Shown here piece by piece: positions 1-13,305 of a stretch of 64,000 bases of DNA; the first letter of the stretch is position 1; each line of letters opens with the position of its first letter. This stretch comes from Octopus vulgaris. Taxonomy: Eukaryota. The notes beneath the pieces were generated by a model. It was not told where the DNA came from and ran no database searches. It saw nothing but the letters and a program-made list of their open reading frames with translations. The position numbers and the translations under genes are program-made. The stretch spans positions 5,580,001 to 5,644,000 of the forward strand of contig OX597830.1 in assembly GCA_951406725.2 (NCBI GenBank), read 5' to 3'.

Positions 1-778
1 ATATGATGGAAATTGTCAGCTGTCCACAGCCAGCAGACTAAGGCGACAGTTGTTTACTGGTCATGCTTCAAGAATTCTTGCAGCTTCAAGCAATCATGAG
101 TTTTGTAGGTGTTCTACATTCACACTTGCACTGATCTTTTTCAGCCATGTTGGTAGTTGAGTGCTGATACTCCCAAGTGCACCAATTACGATTGGTATCA
201 CGTCTACACTCTTCATTGACCACCAACCTTCGTATTTCCCACTTCAAATCATCATAGTTGTTTATTCTTTCTTCTTCTTTGTCTTTGATCCTGTTGTCAC
301 CGGGGCATGCTATGCCGATAATCATGCAAGTTCCTTCTTTTTTAATCGCAACAACAATGTCCGGTCAGGAAATCGCACTGGATCATTACATCCCCCTGGA
401 TTTTGCAATTTTCGGTGACTGCTTCTGGGATTTGCTCCTACCACGTCTTTGCTCTTTGTAAGCTGTTCTCGCCGCAATGCCATGGCGTCGTTTGTATTCG
501 CGTTGTGCCAATTTCTGGCATTCGCTAACGATGTGCCATACCGTTTCACCCCTGTCATCATACATTCCGCATTTATCGCTCTTGGTAGTGTTGTCTATTC
601 TGCACTTTACATAACTGGTTCCGTCTCTATCTTCAGGTCACGCCTCCTCATCCATAGCCAACGGTCATCTGAATCTCTCTTGGCGTTCACTTTCTATAGG
701 AAACTGACCATACATTTTTTCCTTCCATGCTTTTTCTTTTTTTTTCTTCATTTCTTGTCTAAATTTTTCTTTAGCGAC

Positions 779-780
<2 letters not shown>
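1..780 (-). mobile_element. R4/Dong-like non-LTR retrotransposon, decayed 3' fragment (zinc knuckle + RLE endonuclease + 3' UTR)
   Basis: Manual minus-strand translation gives KCRIDNTTKSDKCGMYDDRGETVWHIVSECQKLAQREYKRRH (degenerate CCHC knuckle + RH motif). ORF 86..325 gives IIGIACPGDNRIKDKEEERINNYDDLKWEIRRL (RLE). Frameshifted; ends at the (TA)n starting at 783. Confidence 0.85.

Positions 781-782
<2 letters not shown>

Positions 783-854
<72 letters not shown>
783..854. repeat. (TA)n microsatellite
   Basis: Pure TA run of about 72 bp. Confidence 0.98.
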
Positions 855-857
<3 letters not shown>

Positions 858-1112
858 GCTATAGTAAAAACACTTCCTCCCACACAGTAACTAATAATTT
901 TTGAACCAAGCATCTGTGTTTCGCCGGAAGAAGAGGTTCAAGGATGGTAGAGTGAGGTTGAATGATATTGAGATGTGTGTGAGGGAGAGGGACTTCGGAC
1001 CATTAATGGTGGGAGAGGAAATTCGCAATCTTGAGGAAGAAGACAGCTGGGTGTCTCTATAAAGGAAAAAAAATATACAATTTGGAGGTGGTGTCGTAAT
1101 TGAACTCGGTAT

Positions 1113-1275
1113 TATTATTTTCTACTCTAGGTACAAGGCTTGAAATTTTGGGGAGGGGGCCCAGTCGATTAGATCGAGTCCAGTACGCAACTGGTACTTA
1201 ATTCGTCGCTCCCGAAAGAATGAAAGGCAAAATCGACCTTGGCAGAATTTGAACCGAGAACGTAAAGCCAGAAGG
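1113..1275 (-). mobile_element. tRNA-derived SINE family A, 5'-truncated
   Basis: Carries the core gaaag.atgaaaggcaaa.tcgacct.ggc.gaatttgaac shared with more than 12 copies in the window; tail ttctactctagg.acaaggc. Confidence 0.8.
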
Positions 1276-1344
1276 ATATACACAGTATTATTGACAAAGA
1301 TCTGGACATGCTCACAATTTGCGCGATGTTTGTTATCAGGGTGC

Positions 1345-1655
1345 TCAATGGTGAGTACCCTGATCAACTATTTCAGAGGGATGGATATGGAAACTGTCCC
1401 GGATTCTCTCTACACCCCAGATCTTGCTCTCAGTGACTTTTGAGTGAACTTCAGGAGTGGCTCTTTCCAACACATTGAGAAAAAAGTAGGAGGCTATGAA
1501 TAAACGTTCTGGACACCTTTGGCAGACTTCCATGGGGCCTTCAAGAAGTAACTGGAGCTCTACGACAAATTCATTGAAGTATTGCTTGAATGAGATTAGA
1601 GTTTTGTACTTCTTTGAAATCAATAAATTTCTCTCCTGAAAATTTCTGAGAACTT
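1345..1655 (+). mobile_element. mariner transposase C-terminal fossil
   Basis: ORF 1249..1443 ends TVPDSLYTPDLALSDF, matching the mariner HPPYSPDLAPSDF motif. Confidence 0.7.
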
Positions 1656-2159
1656 TGTGTGTACGTATCGTACTAACAATCCATCTATCTATTTCTCTAT
1701 TTATCCATTTGTCTCTCTCTATCTATACGCCTCACACTCTGTCAATAAGTCCATCTTCTCTCTCGCTGTCTGTCTGTCTGTCTATCTATTTATCGATTCA
1801 CCTTCCGTCCTCCGTCTTTCAAAAGCATTACTATTTATGAGAGACAGACTTGTGTCGTTTATTGCATGAGATGAGAGACGGGAATGTGTGATGCTGCTCA
1901 CGCATGACCGTATCGATTACATCTTCGTCTTCTGTGTGTGTGTGTGCATGTGTGTGTGTGTGTGTGTGTGTGTGGTTGCTGAATGGTTAATGGTTAACAG
2001 GGAGTTTATATATCCAAGTCTTTGTTGATGTTGCATCAAAGCGAGTAGCGTAAATTATGGCCTCACTCTACGAGCATTTAATGAAAATTGCTATCCAGCT
2101 GACCACACAAATTAAACAGCCCTCCTGGTTTCGGTTACGCTCTGCCATTCTACTGCTGC

Positions 2160-2515
2160 AACCATCATCGTCACCATCATCACTGTCATCACAATCTCCA
2201 CCACCACCACCACCACTACAACCGCCGCCGCCGCCACCACCACCACCGCAAAAATTATCACTACTGCCATCGCTATCTCTGTCATCACTATTATCACAAT
2301 CATTAACATCAACACCGACACCTCCGCCAATATCGTCACCACCACCACCACCACTACCACCACCACCGTCGTCGTCATCATCATCATCATCATCATCATT
2401 ACTATCGTCATCTCCGGCAGCCACTACAATAGTAATGACATTAACAACAACAACAACACTAATAATGATAACGCCACTAATGCCTACAATAACAACAACA
2501 ACAACAACAACAACA
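2160..2515. repeat. compound trinucleotide repeat (CCA/CCG/TCA/ACA)
   Basis: Runs of cca, ccg, tca and aca; source of the Pro/Ser/Thr-rich ORF. Confidence 0.9.
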
Positions 2516-3037
2516 GCTCTGCTCACCATCAATAATGGTGATTTGATAATTGTCTTCGAGATTATTAGTGGTGAGCTTTCATCCTTGATCAGCCGGGATT
2601 ATCTTATTATCATTATCACAATATTTTGTAATGTGGTTAATGTTTAATTTAGGGAATGTTAAATAGGTTTATTAGGCATAATTATTTAATCAGTCAATTA
2701 GAAAGTTCAATCACTCTCATTGTTCATATAATGAAAGTAGGCGCAATCAAAAAGTTAATTAGAAATGATTACGGGATAACAATATCATTTTTGCTATTTC
2801 AGCAAAGGAAACATTTTCTGATAGGTTTCAGCTTTATAGAATCTTATCAGCGAAATACAGACTTCACGCCTGTACCTGAAGCCCTGATGAGAGAATTACT
2901 AAAGTAATGTTTAAAGGTGTACACAGGAAGAATTAGTGTTGTTGATTATGGAATTGCTGAATTACGTGAAATAAAGACTAAAGGTGATACTAGAATATAT
3001 ACATACGTACATACATATGTATACATATACATATTGA

Positions 3038-3275
3038 TTTCTTTATTGCCCACGGGTGGGGGTGGGGGAAACATAAAGGGGACAATCAAGGAGAGACAAA
3101 GGGATTAAGTCGATTATGTCGACCACAGTGCGTAACTGGTACTTATTTAATTGACCCCGAAAGGATGAAAGACAAAGTCGACCTCGGCGGAATTTGAACT
3201 CAGAACGTAACGGCAGACGAAATACCGCTAAGCATTTCGCCCGGCGTGCTTCCGCTTCTGCCAGATCACCGCCTT
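3038..3275 (-). mobile_element. SINE family A, full length, alternative 3' tail
   Basis: Minus-strand head aaggcggtgatctggcaga, B-box-like gagttcaaattcc, core tttcatcctttcggggtc; tail ends tgggcaataaagaaat. Confidence 0.85.
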
Positions 3276-3434
3276 GTCCATACATATGTATCCGTACACA
3301 CACACACGAGTATGTGTATATATGACACACATGCAAGTATAATACATACATACCTCATATATTTATACACATCTTCATACACATGAGTATTTATACTTAC
3401 ATGAATGCATTTGTGTATCTATCTATCTATCTAT

Positions 3435-3473
<39 letters not shown>

Positions 3474-3608
3474 CATATATATGTGTGTGTGTGTGTGTAT
3501 ATATATTTGCATACATACACACACACATTGTAACATACATAGATCAATCGATGGATAGAAAAATAAACACACGACGCCCTTCGTCTCGTTATGTTTATAT
3601 ATATATTA

Positions 3609-3667
<59 letters not shown>

Positions 3668-3681
3668 TATGTATATATACA

Positions 3682-3733
<52 letters not shown>

Positions 3734-4817
3734 TACATATATATATATATGTAATCTATGTATCTATCTATTTATATCTATCTATATATATATGTACCTA
3801 CATACATAACACACACACACTCGCACACGCAAACACACACACACAAACACACACACACGCACACACGCACACAAACACACACACACGCACACACATACAC
3901 ACACACACACACACACACAAGACACCAACATTATCGTGTATCCGAAGTTTTGGATGATTATATGATTACGAGGATTTCAACACGGAAATACTGTATTTGT
4001 TCTCATTTGAACGAATTCAAAGTAAATCCATTACTTATGTGTAATGGTAATAAAGAGTAAACAAACCTATCACTGAAGCAGGAACATTATTCTTCCATTT
4101 GGATTGAATGGGAAAAAATAATGAAGAACTATTTAAATATTTTAACATTCTATTAGTTTTAGTTTCTTTTATTTGGTTTTCCATTTAGTAAAAGATTCTA
4201 AAATGATGTAAACTGATGCAATTGTTGTGTAAAAGAGAAAATCTGGCGAATTTCTTTCGCAAAACGGAAGCTATGATGAAAATTTGTTGAAGATATTTCA
4301 GAAGCAAAATAGAAAAAACAAACAAACAAAAAGCTCTAATATTCTTTCTGATTATGTTAAAATGATAGATGAGGCAGGGTGGGCTGGGATGGATTAAGTA
4401 GTTTTAAAGTTTTGCCGAGTGATGGCGGAGACTAACATATACCAAGACCGCAATTTGAAATTGAGAAGATTTTGAAAAGCTGCGCATTCCATTTGTAGAT
4501 TTTACGTTGGACGATTGGAGTGAACAAGAAAAGACATATGTAGCAACGGAGAGATAGATAGAATGATGGGTTGTGGCACCAGGGAGATAGCTAGATTGAT
4601 GGATTGCTAGAAAGGTAGGTACATATTTAAATAGATTGAAAGATAGAAATATCGGTAGGTATGTGGTTACTGACATACAGGGATTGCTAAGTAGTCACAT
4701 AGTTTGGCGAATAGATGGATAGATAGGTAGACAGATAGATTAATGGATAGGTGCATTGGGTGATAGAAAGATTTAGATGTAAGTCGATAGAGGGCGAGAT
4801 AGCTGGATGTAGAGGCA

Positions 4818-5034
4818 GACAAATAGATCGATAGATTGACACATAGTTTGACAGCGAGAGATATTGACAAACAAATAGATCGGTGGATTGACACAGTTTG
4901 ACAGCTAGAGAGATTGACAGACAAATAGATCGGTAGATTGACACATAGTTTGACAGCTAGAGAGATTGACAGACAAATAGATCGGTAGATAGACATATAG
5001 TTTGACAGCTAGAGAAATTGACAGACAAATAGAT
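4818..5034. repeat. ~52-bp minisatellite, about 4 copies
   Basis: Unit gacaaatagatcggtagattgacacatagtttgacagctagagagattgaca starts at 4818, 4870, 4920, 4972 and (partial) 5024. Confidence 0.9.
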
Positions 5035-5067
5035 AACTAAGAGGATAAATGGACAGATAGATAAATT

Positions 5068-5082
5068 GATAGATAGATAGGC

Positions 5083-5165
<83 letters not shown>
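5068..5165. repeat. (GATA)n microsatellite
   Basis: Near-pure gata run. Confidence 0.95.
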
Positions 5166-5610
5166 CAGAAATTGAGAAATAGATAGATTGACAGATAAAT
5201 GCATAAATTGATGAGCAATGAGAGAGAAGAGATAGATAAAACGATGAAGAGAATACATAGAGAGGAAGACAGAGATAGGGAGGGATAGTGAGAACGAGTG
5301 AGACAAATTGAGAGTGAGAGAGAAGAGTCGCGAAAAGAAAATAAGACAAAAATAAGGAGAGGCGGAAAATAAGAGAAAAAATTATTTGTGACAAAGCATA
5401 GATCGTACGCGGATGTGAGTATGCGAGCGCGTGAGTGTATGTGTGCATGTGTATATGAAACTGTGCGTAGAAAGGAAAATTGAGAGATTTATCGTTAGGA
5501 GTATATGTCAAAGAATGCCCAAAATATGTCAGTATTTACGTATACACACACACGCACACATACATAAATAAAATTGTACACACACACACACACACAGACA
5601 CGCACACACA

Positions 5611-5659
<49 letters not shown>

Positions 5660-5794
5660 GTATATATGTATGTATACGCACACATACTTGTGCATACACA
5701 AACAACCACACAGTCTTATATATACGCACGCGAACTTAAAACGTGTATCCTGGAGAGAACAAAAGAGAATGAGATGATAGACAGATAGATAGTT

Positions 5795-5839
<45 letters not shown>

Positions 5840-6057
5840 GAAATAGATAGAGGGAGAGAGAGGGAGAGAGAGGGAGAGAGAGGGAGAGAGAGATTAAGGA
5901 AATTATAGAAGTGGCGTGATAGTTTTTAAAAACGTGATAGGTAGGGAGTGAAATAATATTTACGGGTAAAAGTTTTAGGATTTGGAAATTAGGGATCCAT
6001 ATACCATAATCCACATCCCCACACTCAAACCTCACTCACATGACATTTCCCATCGAT

Positions 6058-6236
<179 letters not shown>

Positions 6237-6657
6237 GATGCGCATATATATATAGATGCAGCTGCAAACTGCACACACTACTATAGATAATAGAGAGAGA
6301 GAAAGAAAGAGGAGAGAGAGAAAATGAAGAGGGGAAGAGAATGTGGGGACAGAGAGACGAATATATATATGTATATACATATCTGTATGTGTGCACATAC
6401 TGCTGCTTTATCGCGTTTGTGGAAATTATTTGCCTGTGAAACCTCCACCCACCTTCCATGTCTTAACAAATTGTTACTGAGTTATAAACTTGGAAATATT
6501 AATTACATATTCGCATGCACACACATACATACACACACACACACATGCAAACATATATATATATGTACATACATATATACAGGGAGAGAAGGAGAGAGCG
6601 GAGCGAGAGCGATACATAGATAGATACATGTGCATATAAACACATACATACATACAT

Positions 6658-6750
<93 letters not shown>

Positions 6751-6769
6751 CATACAAATATATATATAT

Positions 6770-6858
6770 ATGTATGTATGTATGATTCTAAGTTTGCATA
6801 AGTGTATATCTGAGTGACTACTTGTGTCGATGTCGATACGTGTATATGCGTACGTGTC

Positions 6859-6956
<98 letters not shown>

Positions 6957-7049
6957 CAGAGACACGTACGCATATACACGTATCGACATCGACACAAGCA
7001 GTCACTCAGATATACACTTATGCAAACTTAGAATCATACATACATACAT
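6770..7049. repeat. inverted repeat (~94-bp arms) centred on a (TA)n tract
   Basis: 6770-6863 is the reverse complement of 6956-7049 with one mismatch (caagtagtc vs caagcagtc). Confidence 0.93.
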
Positions 7050-7681
7050 ACATACATACATAAATGCATACATACGTATGTACATACAAACATTCAACCG
7101 TACTTACATACATATGTACGTACGTAAATACATAAGTACGTACAACGTACATACATATATAAAGATAATCGAAGAAAAATATTGAAAATCCCATTGCCTT
7201 TTTGCGCATAAATGAATATTTACAGAAATATTAATGGAGAGCAAGTTGTGTCAGTTATTTAATAATCCTCGTGGATTGCGGCGAGAGTTTACTAGTCTTG
7301 TGTTTCCACAATAAAATAATTTCACGGTGAGTGAAACCCGGTAAAATGGGTTGCGCAGACTTTATGAAGAATTTCACGAATGCATGACCGAGAATTGAAT
7401 AAGATTTGGAAGGATTTCTGCGAGAAGTATTAAAATAAAAACACTTTGGTAGTCATAAGGGCGTTAGTGGCATTATACGACGGTGGTTCGATCGATAGAA
7501 AGCTAGGAGAGAAAATGTCTGTCCGATATTATCGGATTTCGAACGAGAGAGAGAGGGAGAGAGAAAGAGAAAAAATAAAAGAAAGTATGAGTAAAAGAGA
7601 GTGGCTGGAAAATACACTAACAGAAAACTGGAGAGGGACACACACACACACACACACACACAGATATATACATGTGTAGAT

Positions 7682-7713
<32 letters not shown>

Positions 7714-7932
7714 GTATGTATGTATGCATGCGACGACGGGAGAGGAAGAAAGAAGCATAAATATTTTGCACTTCTAAATCACATAAACAACCACCAAAAT
7801 GGCGATATAATTAAAAGCTATATTGAAAACTACGAGCGTGTTCCGTCTCCCTTTTAATTCTCGGCTAAATTGAAGACATTAGTATTGTGAAAAATGTCCG
7901 CCATATTACAAATGGCTTTCGGAGAGTGTCCG

Positions 7933-7951
7933 TAATAATAATAATAATAAT

Positions 7952-8009
<58 letters not shown>
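7933..8009. repeat. (TAA)n microsatellite
   Basis: Read directly from the sequence. Confidence 0.97.
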
Positions 8010-8012
<3 letters not shown>

Positions 8013-8439
8013 TAATGTAAAATAAGCTTATTTCTACAGTGCGTATTGAGAAAGCTGGATTAATGCTTCAGCGCCATCGACGAACATATAACCGCCATTT
8101 TTACCGCCCTGAATGTCATCACCATCAGCACAGCTTCCATAAACACAGAACAACGCCAATGCTAACGCCAGTGCCATACCATAATCAACGTCTCCTCCAT
8201 CCTCTTACCAAAATTCCCACCGCCCTCACCACCACCAAAACCACCACCACCACCACCACATTGTCGAGAGTCATCATCGATCCCTCAACGGCCTCCACTT
8301 CATCTTCGCCATTATACACACTACCACCTCTACCATCCAACCCCTACCACAACCCCTTACTACCACCACCACCACCCCCGCCTTCGATATCTGCGCCAAC
8401 ACCAACTCCGTTGTCATCTCCAGTAGTTTCATGGCGACA

Positions 8440-8491
8440 AATATGATGAGCGCGGAGACGATGTTTATGATGATGATGATGGTGATGGTGG

Positions 8492-8551
<60 letters not shown>

Positions 8552-8970
8552 CGACGACGACGATGATGATGATGATGATGATAATGACGACGATGATGAT
8601 GACGATGTTGATGATGATTATAGTGGTGATGATGATGATGGTGATGGTGGTATTGATGATAATGATGATAATGATGATGATGATGATCACGATGATGAGG
8701 AGGAAAATGATAATTATGGTGCTCGTGGTGCTGCTGTTCCTGCTATTGATGATGATGATGATGGTGATGATAATGATGATGATATCAGCGATGGCAGCGA
8801 TGATAGGGATGATGATGGCGACGTGATGATGATGATGATGATGACGATGGTGGTTGTGATGCGAATAATGGTGATAGTTAAGATGCTGAATGTGATGATC
8901 ATGGCAATGTAGATAATGCTGATGCTGTTGCTGGCGAGGATGATGATGATGTTGGTGGTGGTGATGATGG

Positions 8971-9005
<35 letters not shown>

Positions 9006-9042
9006 GTGGTGGTGATGATGATGATGATGATGATGGTGGTGG

Positions 9043-9074
<32 letters not shown>

Positions 9075-9167
9075 TTGGTGGTGGTGATGATGGTGATGAT
9101 GATGATGATGATGTTGGTGGTGGTGATGATGGTGATGATGTTGATGGTGGTGATGATGATGATGATA

Positions 9168-9246
<79 letters not shown>

Positions 9247-9260
9247 GGATGATTGTGATG
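8440..9260. repeat. long compound (GAT)n/(GGT)n triplet array
   Basis: About 820 bp of gat with interspersed ggt, gac and aat; source of the poly-His, poly-Met and poly-Ile ORFs. Confidence 0.95.
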
Positions 9261-9635
9261 ACGGTGAAGATAATGTTGCTGATAACGAGCCAACGAAGAA
9301 GCGCCTACATGGCCTTCTAGAAATGACAACCAGATCTCACAAAAGCCACGGAGTACTGCAATGTTGAAACAGCCGAAACCGGATAATTTTCGTTCGCCTC
9401 CCGACCCAAGACTCAAAACACAGTGATAAGGAATGCTACTTCTTGCATAAGCGAAGTTGATTGTAAACGTTTAGACAAATCACTAACCTACGAAAATGTA
9501 TCCTTTAGGCACCGTAGATTGAGTTCGAACTCGCTTCAGTTTTCCCTCGAAGCAAGGTCGATGTTGTCCTCTAAGTTAATTAATAAGAATCGAAATATTT
9601 TTATCTTTTATCAGTTATCGACTTTCTATCATTGC

Positions 9636-9830
9636 ATTGCTTTGCACTGGGCAGCTGAACTTTGGAGAGGATGGGAGAGTCAAGAAGATAACCCGAGGTC
9701 TAGACGTTCTGCAACAGCCAGCCCGATGAGAACATTGATCGTGTTCACCACACGGTGTTGGATAACAAACGACTGACCATAAATTAAATAGCCAATGTCA
9801 TTAGAATTCCTATGACATATCGGTATATTT
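9636..9830 (+). mobile_element. mariner transposase N-terminal (second HTH region) fossil
   Basis: WAAELWRGWESQEDNPRSRRSATAS, then a frameshift, then ENIDRVHHTVLDNKRLTI; matches the mariner W..EF.RGR.S.EDDPRSGRP motif. Confidence 0.75.
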
Positions 9831-9948
9831 TGCTGAAGCACTATATTCCGGGGAATCAAACAAACTATCACCGGTTGTCAAGCTTTAGAGTGTGTTTGCC
9901 AAACACTAATACACATAAAACCATACCTCCCACATATATATTTGAGTG

Positions 9949-9950
<2 letters not shown>

Positions 9951-10026
<76 letters not shown>

Positions 10027-10035
10027 CACACACAC
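9951..10035. repeat. (CA)n microsatellite
   Basis: Read directly from the sequence. Confidence 0.97.
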
Positions 10036-10074
10036 AAACACATATAAATTTATACATATATATATGACTGGTTC

Positions 10075-10230
10075 CCAAGTTTTCCGTCTAATGAACTCTC
10101 ACAAATAATTGGTCGATTTGAGAGTATAGTAGAAGACACTTGCCCCAGAGAGCCGTGTAGCAGGACCGAACCGAAAACCATGTGGTTTCATGGCGAGCTT
10201 CTTAATCACACACTCATGCCAGCGCTCATA
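10075..10230 (-). mobile_element. SINE family C, 5' half, diverged
   Basis: tagtagaagacacttgccc...accatgtggtt...cttcttaatcacacactcatgcc is the reverse complement of the family C head seen at 61323. Confidence 0.7.
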
Positions 10231-10615
10231 CTGTAGAGAGAAAATCATATAAACACAGAACTTGTTTTATTTTTTCACTGCCAGCGCTGACGGCTCTAAA
10301 CTTTCTGATCGATTATATAAAGTTATATTATATTATTAGCGATAAATAACGTAACATATTTAATATTTAAGGCAGATGTCCAGTGGGAATGTTTGATGGT
10401 GAATATTATTTAACACATTCTTAAGTTGTAATGGTTGTTTAGTGAGAACGTATGTTTAAACTACAACAGTTTGATCGTTGTTGAGTGGCTGTAAAAAATT
10501 ATTGACTTTAACAAACCACAGAGACTATAAATAAGTAAATAGTTTGCATCACTAAGGAAAGAGTTGTAGCAATAAACAGTAGATGTATGAAAAAAAAAAA
10601 GACTTGGATACTTAA

Positions 10616-10828
10616 TAATTCTTTCTACTATTGGACAGAGAAGGCCTGGAATTTTAGAAGAGGTGTAAGTCGATTACCTCGACCCCAGTGCTTGGCTGCT
10701 ACTTATGTCAGAGTCATCAAAAAGATGAAAGGCAAAGCTGATCACGGCAGAATTTGAACTCAGAATGTAAATTCGGATGAAATGCCGCTAAGCATTTCGT
10801 TCGGCGAATCAACGGTTCTGCCAGTTAC
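10616..10828 (-). mobile_element. SINE family A
   Basis: atgaaaggcaaagctgatcacggcagaatttgaactcagaa...gaaatgccgctaagcatttcg. Confidence 0.8.
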
Positions 10829-12624
10829 GTGAATATTTGAGAATATAGATTACATTAGATTTATACAACATTAATGTTTTCGTGCAGTGTATTTGCAATT
10901 ATTCAACCGCAGTTTCAATAATACACACATACCACCCTTATTTCTTAGCCCTAGCAAACTTACTCGCTGAATTCTAGTATAAGTGGCCAAATATTCTGTA
11001 TACTTATGTGTCGTCAATATAATTTTCAAACAGACTCGGTGGGTGTAATGTAAAGTAAGAAAGCTTGCAATTTGAATTTCAGGTGTAGTCACTTGATGGT
11101 CTTCATTACAGTTTCCTTCTACTCAATTTCACTCACATGGTTTCACTAGCCGTAGGATTACAATCCATATCCTAAATATCTGACGAAAGGTTTTGATTTC
11201 TAATATTCCATAAAATATATACAAGAAAAATGTATTTACAACAGTTCGTGTGTATCTTAAGCGTTTCCCTGACTCCACCACGATGCGATGACGAAATAGA
11301 TCAAAAATTTTAAATGTAATTTAGAAGAATAATGTTTAGGTTAATGGTGGAACCAGCCTACAGTTTTAATGAAAATGTTTTCGGAGAAATCTGGTACAGA
11401 ATTTGGTTCGGAAAGTCAATTTGGTAGCTAAAATGAAACTCCATGAATATTTAGGGTGTTTTATTTGTCGATGGTACTACATTGGACTTGTAAATCAAAC
11501 ATCGAAAGTAGGTAATCGATATATAAGATTTATTTGTCTTTCTTTGCAGAAGATTTCCTAACAAACACCATCAGATTATATGTTGTGAAATTGTAATATG
11601 ATCAGTGCCAAGTCAGTAAATTTTCTCCAACATTTATATTGCAGAATGTGTTTGATAAGATCAAAGAGTCTCTTACAAAGCAATTCCCTACAGTACGATT
11701 CTTAAAATCTTAAGTGACATCGGATAAATATCCGTTAATGTTTTAAAGGTTACAGAGTGAACGAAAGAGGTTACACGTAAGGGGAAATATATATAGTTAG
11801 AAGATGCTTTCTCCTCTCAACGTTTATTTTTTCTCTCTCTTTTTCAACTGAAGTATTTATTTGAAATGAAAGGAAAGAATATTTTAATTAAAGCGTAAAC
11901 CTTTCGCATCGTTCACTAATAAATCAATTAAAAGTAAACGTCAACTGGGACACTTTTCCCCGATGTCCGCCATTTTCATTATCCGACTAATGTAATAAAG
12001 ATCCGTGAGAAAAGGTTAATATCAGAGGGAATGTAAAATTTCAGTTCGATTTTATTGCCTCATATTATCTTCTCCAATCTTTGGAGCTTGTATCTTCATT
12101 GCACCACCAGAACACTAAGAATTACCTTTATCACTCCACACCGCTCCCAATCGCTCTTCTATGCAATTAAATGATCCTCTAATCGGTAACTCTCGATGTT
12201 TTTCTATTTTTTTCTCTGTCCATAATAACATCCATTTCACAGTGAAAGCAATATTTAAGAGACTGGCTTCTATTCACCGAGAATTGAAGCTAACAGTATC
12301 AGCTCTGGAGAATTCTGTTCAATTTACTAAAATCGCCAAATCATCATAAATTTTTATTTTTATCAAATTGACTCAAGAGTCAAGCTTCTATAAAGTTTAC
12401 TAATGGAGGGAGTTGATAATATCTTTAAATATATGAAATACCTTGTGTCAAATTCCATTTTCAAATTAGAGAAGTAAGCATTAACCTGTCATTTCCGTTA
12501 CAACAGGATAATGCCAAATTTCAGTTGACTGTTGGGAGAGGATCTTCATTGGTAGGCATCAAAACCGAAAGAAATTTAGGTGCAGGTCAGCAATATCTAG
12601 AGGGCTGAGAGCAGGATTGATTAA

Positions 12625-12986
12625 TTGGATTATAGTACTCGATTGGTACTTTATTTTATCGAGCTTAGATAAATGAAAGAAAAAACTGATGTCGTTTGGA
12701 TTTGAACCCAGAATGCAAAAATCTGGAAAAATATCGCAAGTTATTTCTTCCCAACATAATTATTTTGGTCAGCTCGCAGCTTTATATTCTTTTCTACTCT
12801 AGGGTACAAGGACCAAAATTTTGGGGGACGGGGCCAGTCAATTAGATCGACCTCAGCACGTAAATGTTACTAAATATATCGACCTCGAAAGGATGAAAGG
12901 CAAAGTCGACCTCGGCGGAATTTGAACTCAGAACCCTAAAGACAGACGAAATACTGCTAACGTTTCTACCAGCAACTCGCCGCCTT
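12625..12986 (-). mobile_element. two tandem SINE family A copies (older 12625-12782, younger 12787-12986)
   Basis: Both carry the family A core; the second has an intact gaaaggatgaaaggcaaagtcgacctcggcggaatttgaactcagaa. Confidence 0.8.
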
Positions 12987-13124
12987 CTCTTGAAACTTAA
13001 ATAATTATTTCTTATATTGAAACTTAAATAATTATTTCTTATTTAAGCACAGCTCCGAAACTCTTTGTCATCGTGGCTCATTTGTATAAATAATAATTTT
13101 AAAAATACATTCTTAATTCTAATA

Positions 13125-13305
13125 ATCGAGAAATAGCAGCCAAGATCTCCCTCACGTCAAATTCTATCACTATGATAAAAGAACAGGACGAAGAACATAG
13201 TGCTCGCTCAATAAAAAACCCACAGAATGGTCATGGTTGGAAAGGCTTTGATCAACAGGTCAGATTGGTTAAGACTGACGTCGGCAGGTATAGAACAATT
13301 CCAAC
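13125..13305 (+). mobile_element. dispersed repeat family D (SINE-like, AAC-rich tail)
   Basis: agaaatagcagccaagatctccctc...ggtcatggttggaaaggctttgatc; related diverged copies at about 14570-14745 (-), 14920-15140 (+) and 9290-9340. Confidence 0.55.

Noticed and set aside
855-1065. Possible Gypsy gag N-terminal fragment (LPSLNLFFRRNTDAWF on the minus strand)
   Set aside because: Only a vague motif resemblance; left unassigned.
2057-2647. 196-aa Pro/Ser/Thr-rich ORF (formin- or mucin-like)
   Set aside because: Explained by trinucleotide repeats and open on both strands.
8274-9416. 380-aa His/Ile-rich ORF as a metal-binding or structural protein
   Set aside because: Almost entirely (CAT)n microsatellite; overlapping poly-Met ORFs exist on the other strand; no domain content.
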